A program made the position numbers and the translations under genes. This document shows, piece by piece, positions 9,051 to 20,386 of a stretch of 64,000 nucleotides of DNA. The stretch covers positions 288,001 through 352,000 of the forward strand of contig OY969696.1 in NCBI GenBank assembly GCA_963702005.1, read 5' to 3'. The notes below the pieces were generated by a model that searched no databases, was not told where the DNA came from, and saw only the letters and a program-made list of their open reading frames with translations. Within the stretch, counting starts at the first letter, position 1. The number at the start of each line of letters is the position of its first letter. Source of the DNA: Candidatus Aminicenantes bacterium (GTDB taxonomy: Bacteria; Acidobacteriota; Aminicenantia; Aminicenantales; JAFGBC01).

Positions 9051-9545
9051 TTACTTTTTACTCCGCGGCAGAGCCATTTTCACTGATCGGCGGGCGATCT
9101 TTTCCATATCTATCCCTGAACACTTCTCGCAGAAATACTCATTTCCTTTAATTGAATGACCATCGGTGCCGAGCCTTATTACAACTCCGCACCTTGAGCA
9201 CTTGGTCGGTTCATAAGAAGGAGGATTGGGCAGTTTTTCGAAGTTGAATTCGTTTGTCCCATACCAGACATACATTTCGGTCTCGATGGCCTCCCTGCAC
9301 TTTGGACAGTCTTTCCAATCCCCCGCGTGTTTTTCGGCATGGTGGCTACCGCACAGCGTATAACGCCGATGATTGCGGGAACAACTATCCCTTGAGTACG
9401 AATAAAGCACATATTTGTCCTCATCGTCGCAAATCCACTGGCCGCAACACTCGGCTCTCGTCAGCTTCCTTGTTTTACCGCAGAGCCCGCATCTCGGCGT
9501 TTTTGTGCCAACACCCTTATTTCTTTGTGACATCTCATCACCCAT
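9051..9545 (-). CDS. Cys/His-rich hypothetical protein, probable multi-zinc-binding
   Basis: 164 aa with CGLC, CC, CSRNH, CGSHH, CPKC, CSRC, CEKC. Confidence 0.75.
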   Translation of the reverse strand: MGDEMSQRNKGVGTKTPRCGLCGKTRKLTRAECCGQWICDDEDKYVLYSYSRDSCSRNHRRYTLCGSHHAEKHAGDWKDCPKCREAIETEMYVWYGTNEFNFEKLPNPPSYEPTKCSRCGVVIRLGTDGHSIKGNEYFCEKCSGIDMEKIARRSVKMALPRSKK

Positions 9546-9633
9546 TTATGTCAAATAAATTGCATAACTTGAGCACGGCAAAAAGCATTAAGATTCCTCT
9601 TTCTATAATAGATTTCTTAACGCGCAGATTTCC

Positions 9634-9894
9634 TCATAACGGTTTACGCCTTAATCTAATTGGCGTCAGCTTCAACCTGACAGGAGATGTAATCCCCGGT
9701 TCTAAATCTATAAAATACTTTAAAAGATTCTGCGCTTCTTCGGCTCCAGCCGCATATATTTCATCAACCTCAGGATTAGTGCTTATCGGGTTTTTTTCAG
9801 CAAATTCTTGGCAGATAAAATTATGATATCTTGCAGCCCATTCATATTTTGTCCTTACCTCAGGAATTCCATCGTATTCTTTTAAATACTTAGT
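9634..9894 (-). pseudogene. 3' part of the IS-interrupted nucleotidyl-cyclase-like gene
   Basis: Reads TKYLKEYDGIPEVRTKYEWAARYHNF...RRKPL*; in frame with 11331..11993 once the IS and one TSD copy are removed. Confidence 0.85.
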
Positions 9895-11330
9895 TGGCAG
9901 CCGTAAGGACATCGATAAGCGTTTCTTAATGAGTGAAACCGTAAGGACATCGATAACTGATCGGCCTTCAAGCGATCGGATCGACGACTTTACCGACGAA
10001 CGGAAAAGGAAACGTCTTGATAACCTTCCCCTCGTACTTGACGAAGACTCTGCGATGGTACGTCGAGAGTGTGGCCACGACGTACTGTCGTTCCAGTCTA
10101 CGGAGGATGAAATACGCGGCGCCGTTGAATTCGATGCAACCGTGGGCATCCACCTTGCGGACGAACGAGACGCAGCCCTTGGCGATCGGCAGATCGAGGT
10201 GTCCCCGGGAATCGAGATGCTGATCGAGATTGAAGGCGGATGGGAGATGACGAAGTGCGGACCAGAGCCGGTCGCGGAGTTGGCCGGGAAAGCGGGTGCC
10301 GTGATCGGTTGCCCGGAGGCTTCGATTCGGCTTCTCGAAGTGGTAGTAGCGGAGGAATCGTTCGCTCGTGCGGCGCAAGGACCGAAGATCCGGACAGGGA
10401 TGACGGAGCACCCGCGCCTGCCAGACCGCATTGAAGCTTTCGATAGCGGCGTTGCGGCCGGGTTCTTTCGGGGGAATGAAGCGAAGCTGGATGCCCAACA
10501 AAAGATGGAGCCGGATGAGCTGAGAGAGACTGTAGCGATACCGTCCCCCTCCCGTCGCGGCCATCTCGTTGTCCATCTGGGAGATTCGGGGAAGCCCCAT
10601 AACTTGCCAGGAATCAACCAGATGACGGCAGAGCGAGATCGTTCTCTTGTCGCGGACCTGGCTGGCCGCAGTGGTCTGTCCGGCGGCGTCGATGGTGTGG
10701 ATGGAGTAGAAGCGGGTGACTCCCGCAGGACCGCGGAGATGACGGGGCCCGACCAGGTCGGTTTGCTGAAGGTCGCCCATCTTACGGGCCGGGACGTAGG
10801 GATAGGGAGGCCCGTTGGAGGAGCGTTTGGCCTTGGCCTTTTTCGTTCGTCCGGCACGGGCCAGGATCTTCTCGATGGTCGAGATGGCGGGAAGCTGGCG
10901 GACGCCCCGTCGCTGAAGCTCGAAATGGATCGTTTCGGCGCCGATGCCGGCAAAAGCGGCGCGACGGGTCTTGTGGGCCGCCAGTTCGTCGCGCAGGACC
11001 AGGATTTTCCGGACCAAGGGCTCCCGCGTTTGATGGGGGATATGTCTCGGTACCCGACTTTGGTCGCGAAGCCCATCAAGCCCGAATTTTCGATGGCGAT
11101 TGAGCCATTTGGAGAGCCAAAAGCCGCTCCGATGGACGGTGCGGAGGATTTCGTTAAACCCAATCCCATCATAGTAATTTTCAATGGCTTTCTTCCGAGT
11201 CTCATATTCGCTCTTGATGCTCACCGCAAAGATCTCCTTCCCACTGGAATGGGAAAGAGTTTAAGCGATGAGCAAATCGCTTATCGATGTCCTTACGGTT
11301 ATTCACTTAGCGATGTCCTTACGGGAACCC
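9895..11330 (-). mobile_element. IS481-like insertion sequence, 1436 bp, 6-bp target duplication CTTAGT
   Basis: CTTAGT at 9889-9894 and 11331-11336; motif CCGTAAGGACATCG(A/C)TAA twice at each end in inverted orientation (9901, 9939; 11281-11298, 11307-11324); GC-richer than its flanks. Confidence 0.92.
9968..11224 (-). CDS. DDE transposase (HTH plus integrase core), IS481-like
   Basis: KWLNR...GLDGLRDQSRVP HTH region; QTD / QMDN / NAAIESFN catalytic D-D-E pattern. Confidence 0.9.
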   Translation of the reverse strand: MSIKSEYETRKKAIENYYDGIGFNEILRTVHRSGFWLSKWLNRHRKFGLDGLRDQSRVPRHIPHQTREPLVRKILVLRDELAAHKTRRAAFAGIGAETIHFELQRRGVRQLPAISTIEKILARAGRTKKAKAKRSSNGPPYPYVPARKMGDLQQTDLVGPRHLRGPAGVTRFYSIHTIDAAGQTTAASQVRDKRTISLCRHLVDSWQVMGLPRISQMDNEMAATGGGRYRYSLSQLIRLHLLLGIQLRFIPPKEPGRNAAIESFNAVWQARVLRHPCPDLRSLRRTSERFLRYYHFEKPNRSLRATDHGTRFPGQLRDRLWSALRHLPSAFNLDQHLDSRGHLDLPIAKGCVSFVRKVDAHGCIEFNGAAYFILRRLERQYVVATLSTYHRRVFVKYEGKVIKTFPFPFVGKVVDPIA

Positions 11331-11993
11331 CTTAGTAATATTTTCGCGATGAGCTTTTATTGACTCGAAAAATATCCCTCCTTCAGGAAATACAGAAAAT
11401 GCTTCATTGAGATAGTTAATAAAAATAGTACCATCAGCATTTTCCAAGAGATCTTCATAATGTGGCGCATTAATAAGTTTATTATAAAATCCCAAGTGAA
11501 GCCGGACGATTTCTTTTGCAGAGGGAGCCAGCGATATAAAAGGAGGGCCTCCCTTAACATCTTGAGCTACGGCCTGCAAAAATGCATTACCAAAGACAAT
11601 ATCATCATCCATGTAGTGTTCCCCATAGGCGATTCCTCCCCTTACAAAGAAGCCCTCCATGGCAAGAGCAAGTTGAAAATTAGAAAATATCCTGAAAATA
11701 TCACCAAGCTCCGGTTCGCCGTAATCATAGTCTCTACGCAAGGGATAACCGACAACAATATTATCAGTAAATACCTTTACTGCATAATAAGAATCTTCTC
11801 CAGGCCCTGATGAGGAATCCCTAATTCGATCATAAGCACAGGATAAAGCTTGACGTAATCTATGAAGGAACTGAAGGCCATTCCCCGATTCAATTGCATT
11901 TCTGCTTAGCTGATTAAAGCCCAGAATATCTGCATAACAGACGAAAGAAGGAAGCATTTTTGGAGGGTTAAAAAGCTTATAAGGGTTGTTCAT
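11331..11993 (-). pseudogene. 5' part of a class III nucleotidyl-cyclase-like gene interrupted by the IS
   Basis: VCYADILGF, KVFTDNIVV, FFVRGGIAYG, VFGNAFLQA motifs; frame enters the IS after ...HRENITK. Confidence 0.75.
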
Positions 11994-12070
11994 TTTACCT
12001 TATTACACCCCGCAACGTACTTTTAACCTCACTATTCCTATAGCGAGAGGTTGAGTCCTTTGTTCTCAGA

Positions 12071-13783
12071 TCATTTCATCTTTTCTTGTTTACGAAGTTT
12101 TTTGGTAATTTTTTTTGAGTGATCCGAAAGCAGCCTTTTTTCAAGCTTAGTGCCTTTTGCCACCTGATCATCGCCCCCAAGTTCAGCATATCTCTTGAAA
12201 ATATTTTTTGCCGCTTCGGCGATAACTGGTTCAGTCAGTTTGGTAAGGTCCAATTTGGATACCGCGGCTATCGAAGGCGTTGGTACGCCGCAAAGGCGTA
12301 AGACAACAAGGGTAGCAATATAGAAGCGCAAGTTATTTGCGTGTTCCTTTAACTCCGGAATGCTTCCAGATTTGAGGTAGGTCTCGCAATCTTTAGCTAC
12401 AACAAGCGTCTTGAAGTAAAGCTCCAATGGATAGGAAGGATTGAAGATACGCGCGTAGGCAGCATCATCCTTGATCAAAGTGGATGGCCTAGCGCGTGCA
12501 TTAGCGGGTTCGCGCAGCGCGCAAGCGATGACTGACTGGGCAAGGAATGATATACTTACGATTCTCTTTGCGGGCTTACCAGCGTTCTTGTAATAGTTCT
12601 TCCGGCGATCATAAAACCATCCTTTTGGACTCAAGTACTCCTCAATATCACGATGAATTTTATCTGTGGCGCGAAGTGATGCGGGGGGAATGTCTGTTTG
12701 GCTATTCGTTGCTTTAATGATTTGGTCTCGGCTCTTCTCTCCCTGCGGCTTAATGACTCGGACCAAGATATGCCGTTTTTCATAAGCCAAGTCACGCTTT
12801 GAAAGGACTTCGAAAACCTCTCTCGAAGTTTGAAGTCCGTTTACGATCTCTGGATCCTCAATAGTCAAGGTTTTGCCAGAGAGGCTGGCTTTGGCACAGA
12901 GCAACGATATTCCATTGTTAAGCCACCAGAAATCCTCCGATGTCGGATTCTCAAGTGTGCGACGAATCTCCTTGTTCACCTCGACGTTCCCTTGGTAGTC
13001 ACGAACGTTACTCTCAAATAGATGAGACCGCAACTTACCATGCTCATCTTTTATAAATTCGAAGAAATCTCGGAGAGATACCAAGCATAAGAATCCCTCT
13101 TGGCCCGTAGAAATTGGATTCTCTGCTAAGGGCAATCAGTGAGTAGTCGCTGGTTTCTCTCTTGCTAGAGCGATAAGCTCTGAGGCTCCAAGGAAACGAA
13201 ATTCAAAAGTGACAGGGGATATCAATCTTTCGAGTGTTTCACGTATTACATCCGACTTCCTCTGTACATTGGGATGCACTTGCGTTGCCTTGGCCGAATA
13301 GCCAAAGACAAACTTAACTATAGGAAACCGGGAGGCAAACTCAAGATAAGCATGCCGAAATTGTTTAACTTTCAGGAGCAGTTCCTTGTGATATACCTTT
13401 TGTAATTTCTCCAACGGACGATTGAGGTCAAATAATTCGTTTGTAGCACTGATAAAATTATCCATAGAATCTTCTCCGAAGCCCGAACCGGTCTTTGCTT
13501 GGAGAAGAACTACCTTGAGTTCGATGTTCTTTTTGAATGCTGAGAGATTTAGATCTTCTCTAAAAAGGGTCCCGTTTATGAATAAATAGAAACCGTCGAT
13601 ACCACCATCCCGGCTGGAGTCGATGAGCCCTGATTCAAGCTCCTCATAAGACAGGTCTTCGTCCTTCAGAATTTGTTCAGCAGAAAAGATCTCGAAAAAC
13701 TCGGAAGGATCAGACTCCAAACCTGCTGAAGACATTCGTTGATCGAGTAGCTGATTTAAAAGTATTAGATCATTTTGGCTCAT
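12071..13783 (-). pseudogene. AIPR (abortive infection phage resistance) family gene with one in-frame TGA at 13136-13138
   Basis: ORFs 13136..13783 and 12071..13135 abut in the same frame; N-part DGGIDG and QAK, C-part LFESNVRDYQG, FWWLNNGIS, IVNGLQTS, ATNSQT AIPR motifs. Confidence 0.88.
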
Positions 13784-13948
13784 TTTGCACCTAGCTGAAT
13801 GATATTAATATCCCCCTAATGAATATATTGTTAAGAGTAATTCTACAACGTTCAAAATTATGCTGCAAGCCTAGTAAATTCGGGCGATTACCTCTAGGTA
13901 AAAAGTATCAAAAGAAAGTAAGAGAAATGTCTTCTTGGAATTTGAGAT

Positions 13949-14947
13949 CTATCTCGGGTAAGCGTTAAGATCAAGCGAAAAAAAAGCGTCGGCGCCCGCT
14001 TTGAGCTTAGCTAAGGCCAGGCTTCCGACCATGGCAGCATTGTCCGTACAGAGCTTTGGGGATGGGATGACCGCCTCGATCCTGTTCTCGGCCGCAAACC
14101 TTTCAAAGCGCGCCCGGAGCCGCTTGTTGCGGGCGACGCCGCCGCTCAGGATGAGGGCACGCGGCTCGAAGGTCTCGACCATCCGCTCGACCTTTTTCAT
14201 TACCGCCCGGACGACGGCGTCTTCGAAGCTGGCCAGGAAATCGCCGAGGGCTTTGCCGTCCCTCACGATCCCCTCCGTCCGGATAATCTTCAGAGCGGCC
14301 GTCTTAAGCCCGCTGAAGCTGAAGTCTAGACTGCGGTCCGTCATCTTGGGAAGCCCGAACGGATACCGCTTGGGATTTCCGTCCTTGGCCAGCCTTTCGA
14401 TGACCGGCCCGCCGGGATAGCCCAGTCCTAAAAATTTAGAGATCTTATCCAAAGCCTCCCCCGCCGCGTCATCACGCGTCCGGGCTAAGAGCTCATAGTG
14501 AAGAGGCTCCTTGAGGAGGAACGCCGAAGTGTGGCCGCCCGAAACGACGAGGGCCAGAATCGGATAGCTGATCTCGGCCTTCTCGATAAAGGCCGCCTGG
14601 ATGTGGGCCTGGAGATGGTCGACGCCGACGAGGGGCTTGTGGAAATAATAGGCAAGCCCCTTGGCGAAGGAGATTCCAACCACGAGCGACCCGACCAGGC
14701 CCGGACCCTGGGTCACGGCGAAGGCGTCGAGGTCGGCCGCCCGGACGCCGGCCAGGGCAAGGCTCTCGCCGACCACGAGGTCGATCGATTTCAGGTGCTC
14801 GCGCGAAGCGAGCTCCGGAACGACCCCGCCGTAGGGGGCATGGATCGCGTCCTGGGACAGGACGACGTTCGAAACGATCTCGGTCTCGCCGGCGAGCACG
14901 GCGGCCGACGTCTCGTCGCAGGAGGTTTCGATAGCCAGCAGTCGCAT
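13949..14947 (-). CDS. tsaD: tRNA N6-adenosine threonylcarbamoyltransferase
   Basis: AIETSCDETS, GGVVPELASREH, HLQAH, VSGGHT, DDAAGEALDK, CTDNAAM. Confidence 0.97.
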   Translation of the reverse strand: MRLLAIETSCDETSAAVLAGETEIVSNVVLSQDAIHAPYGGVVPELASREHLKSIDLVVGESLALAGVRAADLDAFAVTQGPGLVGSLVVGISFAKGLAYYFHKPLVGVDHLQAHIQAAFIEKAEISYPILALVVSGGHTSAFLLKEPLHYELLARTRDDAAGEALDKISKFLGLGYPGGPVIERLAKDGNPKRYPFGLPKMTDRSLDFSFSGLKTAALKIIRTEGIVRDGKALGDFLASFEDAVVRAVMKKVERMVETFEPRALILSGGVARNKRLRARFERFAAENRIEAVIPSPKLCTDNAAMVGSLALAKLKAGADAFFSLDLNAYPR

Positions 14948-14960
14948 CGGAGGAAACCGT

Positions 14961-15992
14961 TTATTTCTTTTTCTGCACGGCCAGGCTCCGGGCCAAGGGC
15001 GGCCGGGCGATCCCTTTCTCGGTGATAATAGCCGCGATAAATTTCGCCGGCGTTACGTCGAAGGCCGGGTTGCGGACGGTAACCTTAGGGAGCGTGATGA
15101 GCCTGCCCCCGACCCGGCGCACCTCATCGCCCGAGCGCTCCTCGATCGGAATCCCGCTCCCGTTCTTCAAGCTGAAATCGATCGTGCTCAGCGGCGCAGC
15201 AACGTAAAACGGAATCCCGTGTTCCTTGGCCAGGACGGCGACCCCGTAGGTCCCGATCTTGTTGGCCGTGTCGCCGTTGCGAGCGATCCGGTCGGCGCCG
15301 ACGATGACGAAGTCGATCTCGCCCCGCGCCATCAGCGACGCCGCCATGTTGTCCGTGATGAGCGTCACCGGAATCTTGTCCCGGCTGAGCTCCCAGCAGG
15401 TCAGCCGCGCGCCCTGGAGTACGGGCCGCGTTTCGTCGGCTACGACCCGGACTTTCTTCCCGCGCTCGACGGCGGCCCGGACGACTCCCAAGGCCGTCCC
15501 GTATCCGGCCGTGGCAAGCGCGCCCGCGTTGCAGTGGGTCAGGACCGTGGCGCCGCTGTTAATGAGAGCGCTCCCGAAGCCTCCCATACGGCGGTTAATG
15601 GCCACGTCCTCCCGATCGATCGCGACGGCTTCGGCCAGGAGCCTTTTCTTGAGCGCCGCGAGCCCGAAACCCCAGCTATTCTCGTAGACGGCCTTCATCC
15701 GCTCCAGGGCCCAGAACAGGTTTCGGGCTGTAGGACGAGTCCGCCACAATCTTTGATAGATTTTCGCGAAGGCCGCGTCCAAATTCATTCCCGCTCTGAG
15801 CCGCGAAACGCCCAGGGCGACGCCGTAGGCGGCGGCGACCCCGATCGCCGGGGCGCCCCGGATCGCGAGCGTCTCGATGGCTTCGGCGACGCGCTCATAG
15901 TCTTTGCATACAGCATAGACCTCGCGGTGAGGGAGTTTGCGCTGGTCGATCAGGACGACGCGGCCGTTCTTCCACCAGATTGTAGGCTGCAT
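14961..15992 (-). CDS. mtnA: S-methyl-5-thioribose-1-phosphate isomerase
   Basis: [60 protein letters not shown]; start placed at MQPTIWW. Confidence 0.96.
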   Translation of the reverse strand: MQPTIWWKNGRVVLIDQRKLPHREVYAVCKDYERVAEAIETLAIRGAPAIGVAAAYGVALGVSRLRAGMNLDAAFAKIYQRLWRTRPTARNLFWALERMKAVYENSWGFGLAALKKRLLAEAVAIDREDVAINRRMGGFGSALINSGATVLTHCNAGALATAGYGTALGVVRAAVERGKKVRVVADETRPVLQGARLTCWELSRDKIPVTLITDNMAASLMARGEIDFVIVGADRIARNGDTANKIGTYGVAVLAKEHGIPFYVAAPLSTIDFSLKNGSGIPIEERSGDEVRRVGGRLITLPKVTVRNPAFDVTPAKFIAAIITEKGIARPPLARSLAVQKKK

Positions 15993-16002
15993 GGTGCTTC
16001 CC

Positions 16003-17793
<1,791 letters not shown>

Positions 17794-17947
17794 GGGAGTG
17801 AGTATCATACCGCCCGGATCGTCCCCTGTCCAGCCCGGCGGCGGGCCGCCCCGTTGCCTTGACTTTTCGGGGGCGACACAGTAAATTGAGGGAGTTCGAT
17901 TCCGCCTGTTTCCGGCTTCGAGACAACCCCTCGAGAGGAGGTTAGCG

Positions 17948-18148
17948 ATGTTTCTATTCGGACCCGTTGGACCGATGGAACTCCTGATCATCGTCCTGAT
18001 CATCGTCATCATCTTCGGCGCCAAGCGGCTCCCCGATCTGGGCAAATCCTTGGGGGAGGGCATTCGCAACTTCAAGAAGTCCGTCAGCGGAAAGGAATCC
18101 GACGAGAAGGAACTCCCGCCCGACAAGAACCAGCCGCCCGCCAAGTAA
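17948..18148 (+). CDS. tatA: Twin-arginine translocase TatA/TatE subunit
   Basis: GPMELLII...[23 protein letters not shown]; GAGGAGG RBS. Confidence 0.95.
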   Translation: MFLFGPVGPMELLIIVLIIVIIFGAKRLPDLGKSLGEGIRNFKKSVSGKESDEKELPPDKNQPPAK

Positions 18149-18150
18149 GC

Positions 18151-19350
18151 ATGCGACGGGTCATCGAGAAGCTCGCCCAGGACCGGCAGGAGACCGAAGA
18201 CCTCGTCCAGAAAAAAATCCGCGCTCTCGAGGATAAAGGCGACGACGATTTCGCGGCGCGGACCAAGCTTCGCCTCGACGCCCTGCTCGACCGCCTCGAA
18301 CCCCTGCTGAAGGGCGGCTCCGCCGAGGAGTCCGTCCGCCGTCAGACCTTCGAGATCCTCGAAGAATTCAAGAACGTCCTGGTCCACGACCTGGAGCGGA
18401 CCCGGGACGCGACCGCCTCCCTCCGCGAGCTCTTCGACCTCCAGGTCCGGCTCATGGACGCCAAGGACCGGGAATGGGACGCCCTGGGCAGCAACCACGT
18501 CGGGATGATCTTCAAGAGCATGGAGTGGCGGGTCGACAAACTGGCCGCCCTCTATGAGGACGTCGCGGCCCTGATGAAAACGTTCATCCTCATCAGGGAA
18601 AAGCTCGATCGCCTCCTGGCCGCGCTCGAGTCCAAAGCCCTCCCGACGGCCGCCCAAGTCAGAGAAGTCCATACGCCCCTCGAAGAGGCTCGCTACACCG
18701 GGTTTGAGGTCCGCTTTCGAGGCGATGAAGAGAAAATCCGGGCTCAGCAGGTCCGCTACCTTTCCTATTTCAAGCCGGGCGGACGGGTTCTGGACCTGGG
18801 CTGCGGACGCGGCGAGTTCCTGACCCTTCTCGCCGAAAAAGGGGTCGAGGCCGTGGGGATCGAGGCGAACGGCCAGATGGCCGGCGCCTGCCGGGACAAA
18901 GGGCTTTCCTGCCTCCAGGGGGACATCCTGGAAAAGCTGGCCGAGGTCGAGGACGGAAGCTTCGACGGCGTCTTCTCCTCCCAAGTCGTCGAGCATCTCC
19001 CCCCGTCCTACCTGATGCGGATGCTGGGGCTTTCCTTTGCTAAGCTCAAGCCGGGCGGAACGATCGTCCTCGAGACGGTGAATCCGACCTCCGTCTTTGT
19101 CCTGGTCCAGGTCTTTTTCCTGGACCTCTCTCACCACAAGCCGCTCCATCCCCAGGCCCTCAAGTACCTGGTCGAGTCGGCCGGGTTCACGGAGACCGAA
19201 GTCCTCGTCTCCGACCCGCTCGAAGCCGAGCGTCTCCAGACGCTTCCCGGCGCGGATGAAAAGACATCCATCCTGAATAGGAATATCGACAGGCTCAACG
19301 ATCTCCTCTACGGCCCGGCCAATTACGCCGTCATCGGGAGGAAACGATGA
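18151..19350 (+). CDS. Class I SAM-dependent methyltransferase with N-terminal coiled coil
   Basis: [35 protein letters not shown]. Confidence 0.88.
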   Translation: MRRVIEKLAQDRQETEDLVQKKIRALEDKGDDDFAARTKLRLDALLDRLEPLLKGGSAEESVRRQTFEILEEFKNVLVHDLERTRDATASLRELFDLQVRLMDAKDREWDALGSNHVGMIFKSMEWRVDKLAALYEDVAALMKTFILIREKLDRLLAALESKALPTAAQVREVHTPLEEARYTGFEVRFRGDEEKIRAQQVRYLSYFKPGGRVLDLGCGRGEFLTLLAEKGVEAVGIEANGQMAGACRDKGLSCLQGDILEKLAEVEDGSFDGVFSSQVVEHLPPSYLMRMLGLSFAKLKPGGTIVLETVNPTSVFVLVQVFFLDLSHHKPLHPQALKYLVESAGFTETEVLVSDPLEAERLQTLPGADEKTSILNRNIDRLNDLLYGPANYAVIGRKR

Positions 19351-20273
19351 GCCGAACCCTCTACGCCGGCTTCGACCTGGGCGGAACCCAGCTCAAATAC
19401 GGTCTCGTCGATGACGAAGGAACCGTCGTTTTCAAAGACAAGACGCCTACTCCGGTTACGATCGCCGGCCTGATCGAGCTCATCCGGTCCGTTTGGACGG
19501 AGTTGAAGGCCAAGGGAGACGCCCCGGTCGCGGCCGCCGGCCTCGGCTTTCCCGGCATCTTCAGCCTCAAGGACAGCCGGGTTCTCCAGTCCCCCAATTA
19601 CCCCGGCCTCGACGAGTTCGACCTCGCGCCCGCTCTGGCCGGGGTCATCGACGCTCCCCATTGGGTCAACAACGACGCCAACCTGGGCGCTTACGGCGAA
19701 TGGGCCGCCGGGGCCGGCCGGGGAACGCGGAGCCTCGTCCTCCTGACTATTGGGACCGGAATCGGCTCCGGGATCATCCTCGATGGAGAGCTCTGGATGG
19801 GAGCCTGCGGGTTCGCGGGCGAGCTGGGGCACGTCGTCGTCAATCCCGAGGGCGAAGTCTGCAACTGCGGCGTGCGGGGCTGTCTCGAAACGGAAACGTC
19901 CGCACCCAAGATCATCAAGAACTACCTGGCCTTCAGCGGCCGGACCGAGGCGGTCACGGCCGAAGAGGTCTATTATCGGGCCAAGGCCGGCGATTCGGAC
20001 GCCCGGCAAAGCTTCACCCAGGCCGGTTACTATTTGGGCATCGGCCTGGGCATCGTCATCAACTTCCTCAATCCCGAAAAGATCCTCCTGGGCGGCGGCG
20101 TCATGACGACCGGAGAGTATCTGATGGACCCGGCCATCGCCGAAGCCCGGCGCCGTTGCTTCAAAGCCTCATTCGCCTGCTGTTCGATCGAGAAAGCCGT
20201 TTTGGGGAACGACGCCGGCCTGGTCGGAGCCGCCTCCTGGGCCAAATCCCGCCTGGCCAAGATCAAGGCCTGA
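19347..20273 (+). CDS. ROK family sugar kinase (glucokinase-like)
   Basis: DLGGT, NNDAN, GTGIGSG, GELGH, CNCG..GCLE. Confidence 0.93.
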   Translation: MSRTLYAGFDLGGTQLKYGLVDDEGTVVFKDKTPTPVTIAGLIELIRSVWTELKAKGDAPVAAAGLGFPGIFSLKDSRVLQSPNYPGLDEFDLAPALAGVIDAPHWVNNDANLGAYGEWAAGAGRGTRSLVLLTIGTGIGSGIILDGELWMGACGFAGELGHVVVNPEGEVCNCGVRGCLETETSAPKIIKNYLAFSGRTEAVTAEEVYYRAKAGDSDARQSFTQAGYYLGIGLGIVINFLNPEKILLGGGVMTTGEYLMDPAIAEARRRCFKASFACCSIEKAVLGNDAGLVGAASWAKSRLAKIKA

Positions 20274-20386
20274 ACGAAAGTCTCCTTGATTCGGTGTTGA
20301 AAACGGATATAATGATGGTGCCTTTCCCCGAGAGACGGACATACACGGAGCGAAAACAGCCACGCTAAAGGTCTAAGGAGGCCGAT

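Noticed and set aside
9546-9568. TTATGTCAAAT resembling the XerD arm of a dif site
   Set aside because: No convincing XerC arm at the 6-bp spacing.
9634-11205. 523-aa minus-strand ORF (and the 468-aa plus-strand ORF 9929..11335)
   Set aside because: These are alternative frames of the IS; only the last 86 or so residues of the 523-aa ORF belong to the interrupted host gene.
9901-11324. Repeated CCGTAAGGACATCG units as a possible CRISPR array
   Set aside because: There are only two per side, in inverted orientation, at the IS ends; no spacer series and no cas genes.
12020-12060. Hairpin with AAC...GTT ends between AIPR and the cyclase-like gene as an integron attC
   Set aside because: It is far shorter than known attC sites, no similar site occurs at other gene boundaries, and the only tyrosine recombinase present is an ordinary XerD.
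13136-13138. TGA as selenocysteine or alternative genetic code
   Set aside because: TGA ends many normal genes here, the context is not a redox motif, and no convincing SECIS was seen.
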